43,582 nt of DNA from Stellaceae bacterium (lineage in GTDB: Bacteria; Pseudomonadota; Alphaproteobacteria; ATCC43930; CGMCC-115725). The stretch covers positions 1 to 43,582 of the forward strand of contig DASQSR010000124.1 in assembly GCA_035642295.1 (NCBI GenBank). The letters are read 5' to 3'. Numbering within the stretch: the first letter of the stretch is position 1; each line of letters begins with the position of its first letter. This document shows positions 19,717 through 29,187 of this stretch, one piece after another. A model generated the notes under the pieces. The model searched no databases. It saw only the letters and a program-made list of their open reading frames with translations, and was not told the origin of the DNA. Position numbers and translations under genes: made by a program.

Positions 19717-20966
19717 CCGCGAATGTCCACATAGGCGCTGCGCCGGAGGTCGCTCAGATAGCGCCGCGCCAGCGCATCGAGCCGCTGGCGCGCCAGCGAG
19801 TCGGCGATCTCGTCCCGCGTCGGCAGCCCGCCCGGCGCATTCTTCTTCTCGCACACCATGACGATGCCGACTCCGGTGGGCATCGCTATCGGCTTGCTGG
19901 CTTCGGCAATCCCGAGGCCGAGCACGGCCTGGCGCACATTGGCCGGCAGATCGCCGACCTTGACGTCAGCGAGCTCGCGCGAGGTCTGCGGCGCCTCGTC
20001 GCGACCGACCTTTGCCAGCTCGCCGCAGCTCTTGACCTCGCCGGCGACCTGCTCGGCATGCATGATCACGCGCTGCTGCTCGTCATTCGGCGCGGTGCTC
20101 TGCAACGGCAACACGACCTCGACCATCGACAGCGTGGCGTCGTTGGGGTTGGGCGCGCCAAGGGTGCGACGATCGACGAGATAAAGGATATAGTAGCCGC
20201 TGCCGCTGCGCAGCGGATACGACATTTCGCCCGGGTTCATCTTCTTGAGCGCGTCGCCGAGCTCCGGCAGCATCTGGTTCGGCGTCACCCAGCCGAGATC
20301 GCCGCCGACTGCCGCGGTCGGCGATTGCGAGAACTGCCGCGCCAGCGCGTCGAACTTGATGCCGCTGCGGATCTGGTTGATCAGCCGGTCGGCCAGCGCC
20401 TTGACCTCGGGCTCCTGGGTCGGGTTGTCGATGGCGAGGAAGATCTCGGAGACGCGGTCCTGCGGGACGTTGACGTCCTGCTTGAGGCGGGCGAGCGCGT
20501 CGTCGATCTCGTCGTCCGAGATGTTGACGTCCTGGGAGAGGCGGTTGCGCACGACCTTGGCCCAGGTCAGCGCCGCCGTCACCTGGTCGATCAGCGAGGC
20601 GCGCGAGATCCCCTCCTTGGCCAGGAAGGCGTCAAGAGCGCCCTTGGGCATGTTGTTCTGCTGCTCGATCCGGGCCAGCGCCTGATTGATCTCCTCCTTC
20701 GAGACCCTGATGTCGACGCGCTTCGCTTCCTGCATTTCCAGCCGCTCATCGATGAGGGTGTGCAACACCTCCGAGGCGATGTGGGCGCGGTTTTCCGGGC
20801 TGTCCGGAATGCCGGACGAGCGCATCACCAGCGTTTCACGCGCCTCGAGATCGTTGAGCGAGACGATGTCGTCGTTGACAACGGCAGCGATGCGGGTCTC
20901 TTGCGCAAAGGCACTACCGGCGCAGAGGAGGAAAACGCAGAGGCAGAAGGTCGCAATCGGTCTCAT
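19713..20966 (-). CDS. surA: periplasmic chaperone / peptidyl-prolyl isomerase SurA
   Basis: 417 aa from the ATG at 20966. Signal peptide MRPIATFCLCVFLLCAGSAFA. SurA N-domain (IAAVVNDDIVSLNDLE). One parvulin domain (GGDLGWV...GYYILYLVDRR). Confidence 0.88.
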   Translation of the reverse strand: MRPIATFCLCVFLLCAGSAFAQETRIAAVVNDDIVSLNDLEARETLVMRSSGIPDSPENRAHIASEVLHTLIDERLEMQEAKRVDIRVSKEEINQALARIEQQNNMPKGALDAFLAKEGISRASLIDQVTAALTWAKVVRNRLSQDVNISDDEIDDALARLKQDVNVPQDRVSEIFLAIDNPTQEPEVKALADRLINQIRSGIKFDALARQFSQSPTAAVGGDLGWVTPNQMLPELGDALKKMNPGEMSYPLRSGSGYYILYLVDRRTLGAPNPNDATLSMVEVVLPLQSTAPNDEQQRVIMHAEQVAGEVKSCGELAKVGRDEAPQTSRELADVKVGDLPANVRQAVLGLGIAEASKPIAMPTGVGIVMVCEKKNAPGGLPTRDEIADSLARQRLDALARRYLSDLRRSAYVDIRG

Positions 20967-21062
20967 CGCGCAAAGCTCGCCGCAGGTCCGGCGGGAGGCG
21001 TGCCCCGCAGGCGGCACCATACACCGGCCGTCCGCCCCAGCCTAGCCGTCCCGGAGAGACTC

Positions 21063-23366
21063 CTAGGTGCCGCCGACGGAGAGCACCTTGGTGCCGAAAT
21101 CGCCCAGGTTCTTGAAGACGACGGTGAAAAGCAGCGCGGTGCCGGGAATCGCGTCGCCGCTGCGGATGCCCGACTGGGTGAGCTGGGTGACGAAGGCGAG
21201 GCAGTCGTCGCGATAGGTGAGCGTGACTCCGCTGACCAGTGTCTCGGCGGTGCCCAGCGTCTGGCCGACGATGGAGTTGGGGGTCGGAGAGAAGTCGCGC
21301 ACGCCGACGAGCTGGAGCGACCAGTAGCGGGTCAGAACCGTGTTGATCACGGCGGCGAGCTGTTTGCGCTTCTGCAGGGTAGGGGCGTCCGAGATCGGTG
21401 CGATCTGGAGGTAGTTGGCGTTGAAATTCAGGCTGGGCGGACCGAACGTCGTGCCGATCTGCTGGCTGTGCATTGCTAGGTCGTCGTAGCCGAGACGGAA
21501 GTCATAGGTGAAGCTCAGCAGCGTGTTCGGCGCCACGGTCGCCTTGCCGACGACGTCGGAGAAGTGATGCTCGAGACCGGAGCCGGGCAGGAAGTTGTCG
21601 TTGACCTGCGCCGCATAGCTCTGGCCGACGGTGAGCCGCGTGCTGCCGCCCCCGTCGCCGTAGACCCCGGTCCTGAGGCCGTAATCGACGCGCTGGCCGC
21701 TGTCGACGAGGTCGTAGCCGGGAAAGCGGTTGGGCCGGAAGAGGCTGGTCTCGTCGAATTCGAAGCCTTGGCTGTCCTCGTCCGGGATGGTTCCGGGATT
21801 GCCGCCATAGGGAGAGGCGGCGACCATGGCGATCGGCTCGATCATCTGGCTGTAGCCTTCCTCGCGCCGCACCCAGGGATACTGCCAGGTGAGCGCCATC
21901 TGCGGAAAGACGCGTCCGGCGGTGGCGCTTTCGGTGCCGCCGTTGGCGAGCGGCAGATTCTCCGACTGGTAGCCGTCACCTCGCAATGACGTGACGAAAG
22001 AGTAACGGCCGCCGATGTCGTCGGCAAAAGGCACCCGCCAGTCGCCGCCGAGCGAGCTGCGCTGCGTGTCGATGCCGGTGATCCGCTCCAAATTCATCAG
22101 GTTGCCATCGAGCGCGAGCCGGCTGCCCCAGTTGCCGGGCTCGCTCACCCACTGGTAGTCGGCGACGGGAGCGACGATCGGCTGGATGCTGTCGCCGACG
22201 CCGGTCTCGAGGCTCTGGAAGGACCAGGCGCTGATGTTGCCGTAGCTGCGCGCGCCGAAATTCTCGGCATAGGCGTGCGTGGTCAGGAAGTCATAGGGCG
22301 ACGGCAGGCTGTAGCGCAGCAGATAGGTCGGGTCCGACGCGCGATAGGCATCGAGGCCATAGCGCCAGTCGGGAGTCGGGTCGAATTGCGCGGTGGTGTT
22401 GATGTCCCAGCGCGTGCTGCTGACCGGCGTGGTATCGATATTGGTGTAGGCCTTGCTGCCTAAGGTGATGCTGCCGTCGGTCGTCCATGAGCCGTCGGAG
22501 AAGCGCTGCCGGTACTCGCCGCCAAGCATCGTGCCCCCGGCCGAGTAGTACACCGGATCGAAGGTCGCGTCCTTGTCGGGTGAGATCACCCAATAATAGG
22601 GGATGCCCAAATGATAGCCGTTGGCCGTCGAGTTGCCCATGCTCGGAAAGAGGAAGCCGCTCGCCCGCTTGACCGAGGGGTCGGGGTGCGAGAAATACGG
22701 CGTCCAGAGCAGGGGAACGCCGTCGATCTCCATCGTGGCATCGCGATATTCGACGAGCTGTTCCTGCTTGTCGTGCGTGATCTCTTCGGCCTCGATCTGC
22801 CAGACCGGTGCCCGGGTCGGGTCCTCCTGGCAGGGCTCGCAGGGCGAATAGACGCCGCGGCGGATCTCGGTGCGGTTTCCGGCGACGCGGCGCGCGGTAT
22901 TGCCGGCCAGGCGCGAGCGATCGGCGAGCAGCATGCGCACATTCTTCAGGAAGCCGTCGCGCATGTCGTCGTGCAGCTCGACATAGTCGGCAAAGACGAT
23001 CTCGCCCGACGGCTGCAGCAGGCTCACATGGCCCGATGCCGTCGCCGTATCGGTGCGCTCGTTGTAGGTGACGGTGTCGGCCAGCAGGATCTGCGGACCC
23101 TGGTCGAGCTCGACATGGCCCTTGGCGACGACGAGGCCCAGCTCCGAATCGTATTGCACTTCGTCGGCGCTGAAGGTCACGGGCGGATGCTGCGCGCGCG
23201 CCGGCGGGTTCTGCTTCGGCGCTGCCGGGGTCTGCTGCGGCGCCCGGGGCTGGTGCTGGACGCCGGGCGGCTCGGCTCCGCGTGCCGGTGGCGTCTGCGC
23301 CGCACCCGGGCGCAACGGTGCGGCCGCCAGTAGCGCGCCCAGCCACAGCACGGCCCCCCGACGCAT
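21063..23366 (-). CDS. lptD: LPS-assembly outer membrane protein LptD
   Basis: 767 aa from the ATG at 23366. Signal peptide MRRGAVLWLGALLAAAPLRPGAA, then a Pro/Gln-rich linker, an OstA-like N-domain (FSADEVQYD...GHVEL) and a large beta-barrel region rich in aromatic-X-aromatic strands. Sits upstream of surA-pdxA-rsmA as in E. coli. Confidence 0.9.
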   Translation of the reverse strand: MRRGAVLWLGALLAAAPLRPGAAQTPPARGAEPPGVQHQPRAPQQTPAAPKQNPPARAQHPPVTFSADEVQYDSELGLVVAKGHVELDQGPQILLADTVTYNERTDTATASGHVSLLQPSGEIVFADYVELHDDMRDGFLKNVRMLLADRSRLAGNTARRVAGNRTEIRRGVYSPCEPCQEDPTRAPVWQIEAEEITHDKQEQLVEYRDATMEIDGVPLLWTPYFSHPDPSVKRASGFLFPSMGNSTANGYHLGIPYYWVISPDKDATFDPVYYSAGGTMLGGEYRQRFSDGSWTTDGSITLGSKAYTNIDTTPVSSTRWDINTTAQFDPTPDWRYGLDAYRASDPTYLLRYSLPSPYDFLTTHAYAENFGARSYGNISAWSFQSLETGVGDSIQPIVAPVADYQWVSEPGNWGSRLALDGNLMNLERITGIDTQRSSLGGDWRVPFADDIGGRYSFVTSLRGDGYQSENLPLANGGTESATAGRVFPQMALTWQYPWVRREEGYSQMIEPIAMVAASPYGGNPGTIPDEDSQGFEFDETSLFRPNRFPGYDLVDSGQRVDYGLRTGVYGDGGGSTRLTVGQSYAAQVNDNFLPGSGLEHHFSDVVGKATVAPNTLLSFTYDFRLGYDDLAMHSQQIGTTFGPPSLNFNANYLQIAPISDAPTLQKRKQLAAVINTVLTRYWSLQLVGVRDFSPTPNSIVGQTLGTAETLVSGVTLTYRDDCLAFVTQLTQSGIRSGDAIPGTALLFTVVFKNLGDFGTKVLSVGGT

Positions 23367-23371
23367 CAGGT

Positions 23372-24466
23372 TCAGCCGTCTTCGAGATGAAGCAGCAGGC
23401 TGGAACCCAGCGCCCAGCTCACCCCGGTGGGCGTCCAGGCGGCGAGTGATACCGGAATCGTCGAAGCGAGCCCGAGCGCGAAAATGACGTTCGAGAGCAG
23501 GTAGAGCACGAAGCCGCTGGTGATGCCGCCGGCGATCATCAGCGCCGTGCCGCCCCGGCGCTGCATGCGCAGGCTGAAGGTGGCGGCGATCAGGACCATG
23601 GCCGAGAACAGAAACGGAAGCGACAGCAGGCGGTTGAAGTAGAGCCGATGCCGCTCGGCGCTGAAGCCGGAGCTTTCCAGCAGCTCGATGAAGCCCGGCA
23701 GCTCCCAGAACGACATGGTCTCCGGCGAGGAGAAGCTCTCCTGGATCTTGGTCGGCGTCAGATTGGTCGCCACCTCGAGGTGCTGAAAGGGCTCGGGAGG
23801 CTTTCCGGGAGTCCAGCGGCTGCCGTTGGTCACCTGCCACTTGCCTGACTCGAGCACCGCCGTCTTGGCGTCGATGCGGCCGACAAGGCGCATGCCGTTG
23901 AAGGACAGCATCATCACGTCCTCGAGCGCGGTCTGCTTGGGCAGCATTCGCTCCGCATGGACGACCGAATTGTCGCCGTTGTTCTCGCCCTGGCGCAGCC
24001 ACAGCCCGGAGCGTGACAGGCTGAGCTGATCGCCGGTGCCGCGCAGAATCCGGCTCTCGAGCGCCTCATAGCGCGCTTGCAGCACCGAGGCGATCGGGTT
24101 GAAGAGGGTAACCACGATGACGCCGACGAAGAGCGCGCCGGCCAGGGGCGGCGTGATGAATTGCCACACCGACACGCCGGCGGCGCGTGCGACGACGAGC
24201 TCGTTCATGCGCGTCATGCGCCAGAACGCCATCATCGTGCCGAAGAGAATGGCGAACGGCATGATCTGCTGCGCCATCTCCGGCTGCTTCAGCAGCGCCA
24301 TCTCCAGCAGCACCAGCAGCGTCGCGTCCGGCCGCGATCCGCCGCGGCGGATCAGCTCGATATAGTCGAGCAGGAACGTGATGATCGACATCGCCAGGAA
24401 CACCCCGGCGCACCACAGGAAGAACTGCGCCAGGATGTAGCGGAAAAGCGTCTTCCAGGGCGACAT
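23372..24466 (-). CDS. lptG: LPS export ABC transporter permease LptG
   Basis: 364 aa from the ATG at 24466 (MSPWKTLFRYILAQFF). By eye the C-terminal half aligns with E. coli LptG (NLTPTKI..., RHRLYFNRLLSLPFLFSAMVLIAATF). Confidence 0.88.
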   Translation of the reverse strand: MSPWKTLFRYILAQFFLWCAGVFLAMSIITFLLDYIELIRRGGSRPDATLLVLLEMALLKQPEMAQQIMPFAILFGTMMAFWRMTRMNELVVARAAGVSVWQFITPPLAGALFVGVIVVTLFNPIASVLQARYEALESRILRGTGDQLSLSRSGLWLRQGENNGDNSVVHAERMLPKQTALEDVMMLSFNGMRLVGRIDAKTAVLESGKWQVTNGSRWTPGKPPEPFQHLEVATNLTPTKIQESFSSPETMSFWELPGFIELLESSGFSAERHRLYFNRLLSLPFLFSAMVLIAATFSLRMQRRGGTALMIAGGITSGFVLYLLSNVIFALGLASTIPVSLAAWTPTGVSWALGSSLLLHLEDG

Positions 24467-24470
24467 GGCG

Positions 24471-25586
24471 CTATTCCGCCGGCGCCGGCGTGGCCGCAAG
24501 CCGGCGCGGCCCCGCCTGCCGCGCGTCGCGCCACAGCAGCCAGCTGGTCGCCGCGATCGGCGATAACACGTTGATGTAGAGGAGGGGAACCGCGGCGATG
24601 GTTCGCCCGGCGAAATTCTTGAATGCGATGTCGAGCGTCTCGAACAGAAAGGCGAGCAGGATCGCCAGCATGACCCGCTGCGCCTGGCCGCGGCGGTTGA
24701 ACTCGCCGGTCAGAAGGCAGGCGAGCGGGATCATGCAGAAGGCGAGCGCGCTCAGCGGGTTGATGAGGCGCAGATTGGCCTCGATGATGTGGCTGATGTC
24801 GCCCGGCTGCGTTCGGCCGAACAGCAGCTCCGGGAGGAAGAGCTCGTCGGGCTCGCGGTCGCGCAATCCGGGCGCGTCGCGATAGGCCGAGAGGTCGAGC
24901 GTGTATTTGTCGAAGGTGAGCACGCTGAGCTTGCCGGTGGTGCGGTCGTATTGCTGGCGGCTGCCGTTCACCATCAGGACGCGCGGGCCGCTGTCGGTGT
25001 CAACGAAGGTGCCGCGCTCGGCGACGATGGTGATCGGCTTGTCCGGGTCGCGCGTCTCGTGGATCAGGAGGCCGACCAGCTCGCCGTTGGTGTCGCGCCC
25101 GCGGACATAGATCGTGAGGTCGTCGGCCAGCGTGTTGAAGATGCCGTCCTGCAGCAGCACCGAAGCGAATCGGTTGCGAATCTCGAACTGCAGGTCCTTG
25201 AACGCTCGGGTGGCGGCCGGCAGGAAGTAAAGCGAGAACGACATGAGAATCGTGAAGCCCAGCGCGCCGGCGATGATGCCGGGGCGGGCCAGCGCCGTCT
25301 GGCTCATGCCCGCGGCGCGCATGACCACGAGCTCGCTTTCCGAGAGCAGGCGGTTGTAGGTGAAGAGGATGGCGATGAAAACCGCGATCGGCAGCACGAC
25401 ATCGATGAAGCGCGGCATGATCAGCACGGCGAGATAGAGGAAGAGGCCGAGCGACAGCCCGCGGTTGACGATGAGGTCGATGAGGCGAAGGGACTGCACC
25501 AGCCACACCGCCGCGGTGAAGCTCACCGTGACGAACAGCATGACCCCAAGGGTCTGACGCAGGACGTAACGGGTGATCCCGTTCAT
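24471..25586 (-). CDS. lptF: LPS export ABC transporter permease LptF
   Basis: 371 aa. MNGITRYVLRQTLGVMLFV... YjgP/YjgQ-family permease. First gene of the lptF-lptG pair; its stop is 4 nt before the lptG start. Confidence 0.88.
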   Translation of the reverse strand: MNGITRYVLRQTLGVMLFVTVSFTAAVWLVQSLRLIDLIVNRGLSLGLFLYLAVLIMPRFIDVVLPIAVFIAILFTYNRLLSESELVVMRAAGMSQTALARPGIIAGALGFTILMSFSLYFLPAATRAFKDLQFEIRNRFASVLLQDGIFNTLADDLTIYVRGRDTNGELVGLLIHETRDPDKPITIVAERGTFVDTDSGPRVLMVNGSRQQYDRTTGKLSVLTFDKYTLDLSAYRDAPGLRDREPDELFLPELLFGRTQPGDISHIIEANLRLINPLSALAFCMIPLACLLTGEFNRRGQAQRVMLAILLAFLFETLDIAFKNFAGRTIAAVPLLYINVLSPIAATSWLLWRDARQAGPRRLAATPAPAE

Positions 25587-25692
25587 GGCGGCCGATTATA
25601 GAAGCGACGCGCCGGCCGAGGATAGCCCGAAGTTCATTGCCGATCATGAGCTTGCAGTGGACGGGGGAGCGTGAGAGTGTGCGCTGCCGGAA

Positions 25693-27276
25693 ATGCCGAG
25701 CGAAAGGACTGCTTCGAGGCGGATGGACGAGACCGCCGGGCCTACGCGGCTGAGCCCGCGCCGCTTCGCGCTGCTCTTCGCCGTCCTGTTCGCCCTGGCG
25801 GCGCTGCCGGTGCTGTGCTGCGACACCTTGCCGCTGTTCGACTATCCCAATCACTTGGCGCGCATGCACATTCTCGCCGCCTGGGCGCAGTCCTCGCCGC
25901 TCCAGCGCTACTACGAGGTCGCCTGGCGCCCGCTGCCCAACCTCGCCATGGATCTGGTCGTGCCGCCGCTGTCGCGGCTGATGCCGCTGGCCTGGGCGGG
26001 GAAGGCGTTCGTCCTCGCGACTCTGCTGCTGCTCGCCGGCGGTACGGCGCTGTTGCATCGCGTCCTCTTCGGCAGCTGGTCGGCGTGGTCCTGCCTGGCC
26101 TTCCTGCTGCTTTACAGCCGCGAGCTGCTGTGGGGCTTTCTCAATTACGTTGCCGGAGTCGGCCTCGGCCTCTTTGCGCTCGCCCTTTGGCTTGCGCTCG
26201 AGCGGCGGCGGGCGGCGCTGCGCATCGTGGTCGGCACGGTGTTTGCCCTCGCGCTCTATTTCGCTCACCTCCTCGCCTGCGGCCTCTACGGGGTGCTGGT
26301 CATGGGCCGGGCCGCGGCCATCGCCTGGCGCCGCCGCGCCGCACCGCGATCCGCGTTGGCGGAGCTGCTGGTGGCCGGCATCCCCTTCCTGCCGCCGCTC
26401 GCCGTGCTGGTGCTGCTGACGCCCGGCAGCGCCGGCGGCGCCATCAACTACGGCTCGATGCTGCGCAAGTTTGACCTGCTGTTCAGCGTCTTCGACAATT
26501 ACAGCCGCCCCTTCGACGTCGCTTGCTTCGCGCTCGCGGTGATCGCGCTCGGCCTCGCTTTCGCCCGCGGCTGGGTGCGGCTCGCGCCGGGCATGGGCGT
26601 GCCGCTGCTCCTTCTCGCTCTGGTCTACGTCGCGATGCCGAGTCAGCTGGCCACAGCCTCCGGCGCCGATCATCGGATCCCGCTGCTGATGGCGCTGATG
26701 CTGGTGGCGTCGAGTCGCTGGACGGCGGCGGCGCGTCCGGTGCTCCGGCGATGGTTCCTGGGCGGCGCGCTGGTGATGTTCCTGGCACGTCTCGGCATCC
26801 TCGGCGCCAGCTGGGAGGCGAGCGACGGGATCTATGCGCGTCTGCTGCCGGCGCTCGATTCGTTGCCGATCGGCAGCCGCCTCGCGGTGGCCTATCCCGC
26901 GAGTGCGATCAATTCGCAGCCGACGCCGCTCGTTCATTTCCCGACCCTCGCCGTCGTTCGGCGCGATGCCTTCGTGCCGACTCTCTTCGCCTTTCCGACC
27001 CAGCAGCCCGTCGCGCTGGCGCCTCCTTACCGCGCGCTCGCCGACCGCCTGTCGCCTGAGCGGCTGTGGTCGGCTTTCGTCGGCCGGGGGGCGCCGCTCG
27101 ACCCCGCGGAGCGTGCGCTGCTTGCCCGCTACGACTATATCGTTTTCGTCGGCCGCGACCGCTTTGCTGTCGTCTCCAGCCCGCCGCTGGTGGCGGAATT
27201 CTCGGCGCCGCGTTTCGCGCTGTTCCGCATCGCCGCCGGCGCCGGCACGCTTGACGGGTCGGGACTTGCCCGATAG
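25693..27276 (+). CDS. hypothetical polytopic membrane protein A (about 11-12 TM helices plus a ~135-aa C-terminal soluble domain; GT-C-like architecture, function unknown)
   Basis: 527-aa ORF. An alternative start at ATG 25723 is preceded by gaggcgg. Consistent GC3 bias in this frame. Many long hydrophobic segments. The opposite-strand ORF is Arg-rich junk. I recognise no family motif. Confidence 0.7.
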   Translation: MPSERTASRRMDETAGPTRLSPRRFALLFAVLFALAALPVLCCDTLPLFDYPNHLARMHILAAWAQSSPLQRYYEVAWRPLPNLAMDLVVPPLSRLMPLAWAGKAFVLATLLLLAGGTALLHRVLFGSWSAWSCLAFLLLYSRELLWGFLNYVAGVGLGLFALALWLALERRRAALRIVVGTVFALALYFAHLLACGLYGVLVMGRAAAIAWRRRAAPRSALAELLVAGIPFLPPLAVLVLLTPGSAGGAINYGSMLRKFDLLFSVFDNYSRPFDVACFALAVIALGLAFARGWVRLAPGMGVPLLLLALVYVAMPSQLATASGADHRIPLLMALMLVASSRWTAAARPVLRRWFLGGALVMFLARLGILGASWEASDGIYARLLPALDSLPIGSRLAVAYPASAINSQPTPLVHFPTLAVVRRDAFVPTLFAFPTQQPVALAPPYRALADRLSPERLWSAFVGRGAPLDPAERALLARYDYIVFVGRDRFAVVSSPPLVAEFSAPRFALFRIAAGAGTLDGSGLAR

Positions 27277-27315
27277 ACCGGCGCCTGCTGCCGCGCCCTC
27301 AAGCCGCTTCAAGCC

Positions 27316-29187
27316 ATGGAGCTATTGATTCCGAGTTGGGCCGGGCTTGCCGGCTGGGGCGGCGTGCTCGTCGTGACGCTGCTGTTCATCGGCATCGGGC
27401 GAGTTCTCACCGCCGGACGCGCGGCCCCCGAGGCGGCTCTCGTCGCCGGCTGGGGCGGCGCCGCGCTGGTCCTGACGCTGTGGGGCGTCGCCACCGCCGC
27501 ATCGCTGGTCGTCCCGGCCGCGCTCGTCATGCTGCTCGGCGCCGCCGGCTGCGTGCTGCCCCGGACCGCGCTCCGCCGCGAGGAATGGCACGGCATGGGG
27601 CGCCTCGTCGTCATCGGCCTGCCGCTGCTTGCGGTGATGGCGAGTGCGCGGCCGAGTCTCCCCGACACCTTTCTCAATCTGCTGCCCAACGCCGCGTATC
27701 TCTGGGATCACAACTTTTTCCCTGCCGACAGCCGCCCCGATGCCCATTCGCTGCTGCCCGGCGCTCCCTACAACATGCAGCTCGCCGGCTACCTGGTCTC
27801 GCTGCTGGTGCGGCGCCTGTCGCTGAACGCCATGATCGGCTTCAACCTCGTGCTGCAACTGGCGATGGCCTTGCTGCTGGCGCGAGCGGCGACGGGCGCG
27901 GCGGACGAGCCGGGCGCGGCGCCGTCCTGGACGGGGATGGCGCTCGGGCTTGTGCTGGCGTTGCTGGTCAATCCCGGCTTCGTGCCGCGCTATGATCTCT
28001 CCGACTACAGCGAAGCCTCCGTCTCCGTCGTCACCGGCCTCGCCGGCTGGTTCGCCGCGGACGTGCTCGAGCGGCTGGCGGCGGGGAGGCGGGCGGGACA
28101 GGCGCTGATCCTGCTGTCGCTGGGCCTCGCGGCTCTGGTCAACATCAAGCAGGACAGCGTCGCGCTGGTCGGGGCTATTCTCGTGTCGGCGGCCGCGCTC
28201 GCCCTGATGCAGGAGCGCGGCCCCCGCGGCCGCGCGCTCGCGGCGCTGCTGGTGGCGGCCCTGCCTGCGGCCGCTCTCTACCTCGCCTGGCGCTGGTACG
28301 TTCTCGCCCATTTTGCCGTGGGCGAGCTGAAGTTCCTGCCTCTCGCCCAATGGAACCTCGCCCAGATCCCGCTCATCCTGCGCAGCATGGCGGCGGACAT
28401 GGCCGAGAAGGCCTATTTCGTCCTCGCCGTCGCCTTGGCGCTCGCCGCGCTCCTTCGGCATTGGCGGCGCCACGGCCTCGATCGCACCGCGCGCCTCGCC
28501 GCTTTGTTCGTCGGAGTGGCGCTGCTCTACAACGGCGCCGTGTTCTTCACCTATGTCGCGCATTACGACGGCGGAATGGGCGATCTCGCGCATTCCTATT
28601 TCCGCTACAACACGCATCTGGCACCGCTGCTCATGCTGAGCCTGGTGCTGCTCGCGCGCGCCTTTGCCGCGGAGCGCGGATGGGCCGAGGCCGGCCTTGC
28701 GCGCCGCGCCGCGCCTGCGGTCCTCGCCGCCGCGCTGGCCGGCCCGATCGTCTTCTTCGGCTATCTTCGCTTCGATCTCGAACCGGCGCAGCTGCGCGCC
28801 TGGCGGCTCGCCGCCGCGGCGGCACCCGCGCTCGACCGGGATCCGCGCCTCGCGCTGCTGCTGCCGGGCGACAATGGCAGCGTCGCCGCCATGCTCGACG
28901 CGCTCATTCGCTTTGCGCCGCCGCGTCATCCTGACGCGGCCCTGCGCCCGCTGGATCAGGCGACGCCGCAGGTGTTGGCGGCGCTTGCCGCGCGCGGCTA
29001 TCGCTTTGCGCTGCTCTCCTGTGGCGCGGCCGGCATCGCCGAGGTGCCGCCGGCGCATGCCGCGCTGCTCGAGCGCGACGGCGCAGCCTGGCGGCCGGCG
29101 ACGGTCTGGACCTATCCGCCGGCGCCACTTCCCGTGCGGCGTTCGCATGTCCTCGCCGACGCGCCGCTCTGCCTCTCCTCCGGTTGA
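27316..29187 (+). CDS. hypothetical polytopic membrane protein B (about 14-15 TM helices plus a ~140-aa C-terminal soluble domain; GT-C-like architecture, function unknown)
   Basis: 623-aa ORF starting 39 nt after protein A and ending 57 nt before pepA. GC3-biased frame with repeated hydrophobic helices. I recognise no family motif. Confidence 0.7.
   Translation: MELLIPSWAGLAGWGGVLVVTLLFIGIGRVLTAGRAAPEAALVAGWGGAALVLTLWGVATAASLVVPAALVMLLGAAGCVLPRTALRREEWHGMGRLVVIGLPLLAVMASARPSLPDTFLNLLPNAAYLWDHNFFPADSRPDAHSLLPGAPYNMQLAGYLVSLLVRRLSLNAMIGFNLVLQLAMALLLARAATGAADEPGAAPSWTGMALGLVLALLVNPGFVPRYDLSDYSEASVSVVTGLAGWFAADVLERLAAGRRAGQALILLSLGLAALVNIKQDSVALVGAILVSAAALALMQERGPRGRALAALLVAALPAAALYLAWRWYVLAHFAVGELKFLPLAQWNLAQIPLILRSMAADMAEKAYFVLAVALALAALLRHWRRHGLDRTARLAALFVGVALLYNGAVFFTYVAHYDGGMGDLAHSYFRYNTHLAPLLMLSLVLLARAFAAERGWAEAGLARRAAPAVLAAALAGPIVFFGYLRFDLEPAQLRAWRLAAAAAPALDRDPRLALLLPGDNGSVAAMLDALIRFAPPRHPDAALRPLDQATPQVLAALAARGYRFALLSCGAAGIAEVPPAHAALLERDGAAWRPATVWTYPPAPLPVRRSHVLADAPLCLSSG

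Noticed and set aside
18706-24499. N-terminally extended versions of pdxA (to 19854), surA (to 21020), lptD (to 24002) and lptG (to 24499) given by the ORF track.
   Set aside because: The extensions overlap the upstream genes and are Arg/Pro-rich. Internal ATGs give proper signal peptides (surA, lptD) or family-typical N-termini (pdxA, lptG), with operon-style junctions of 4-5 nt or ATGA overlap.
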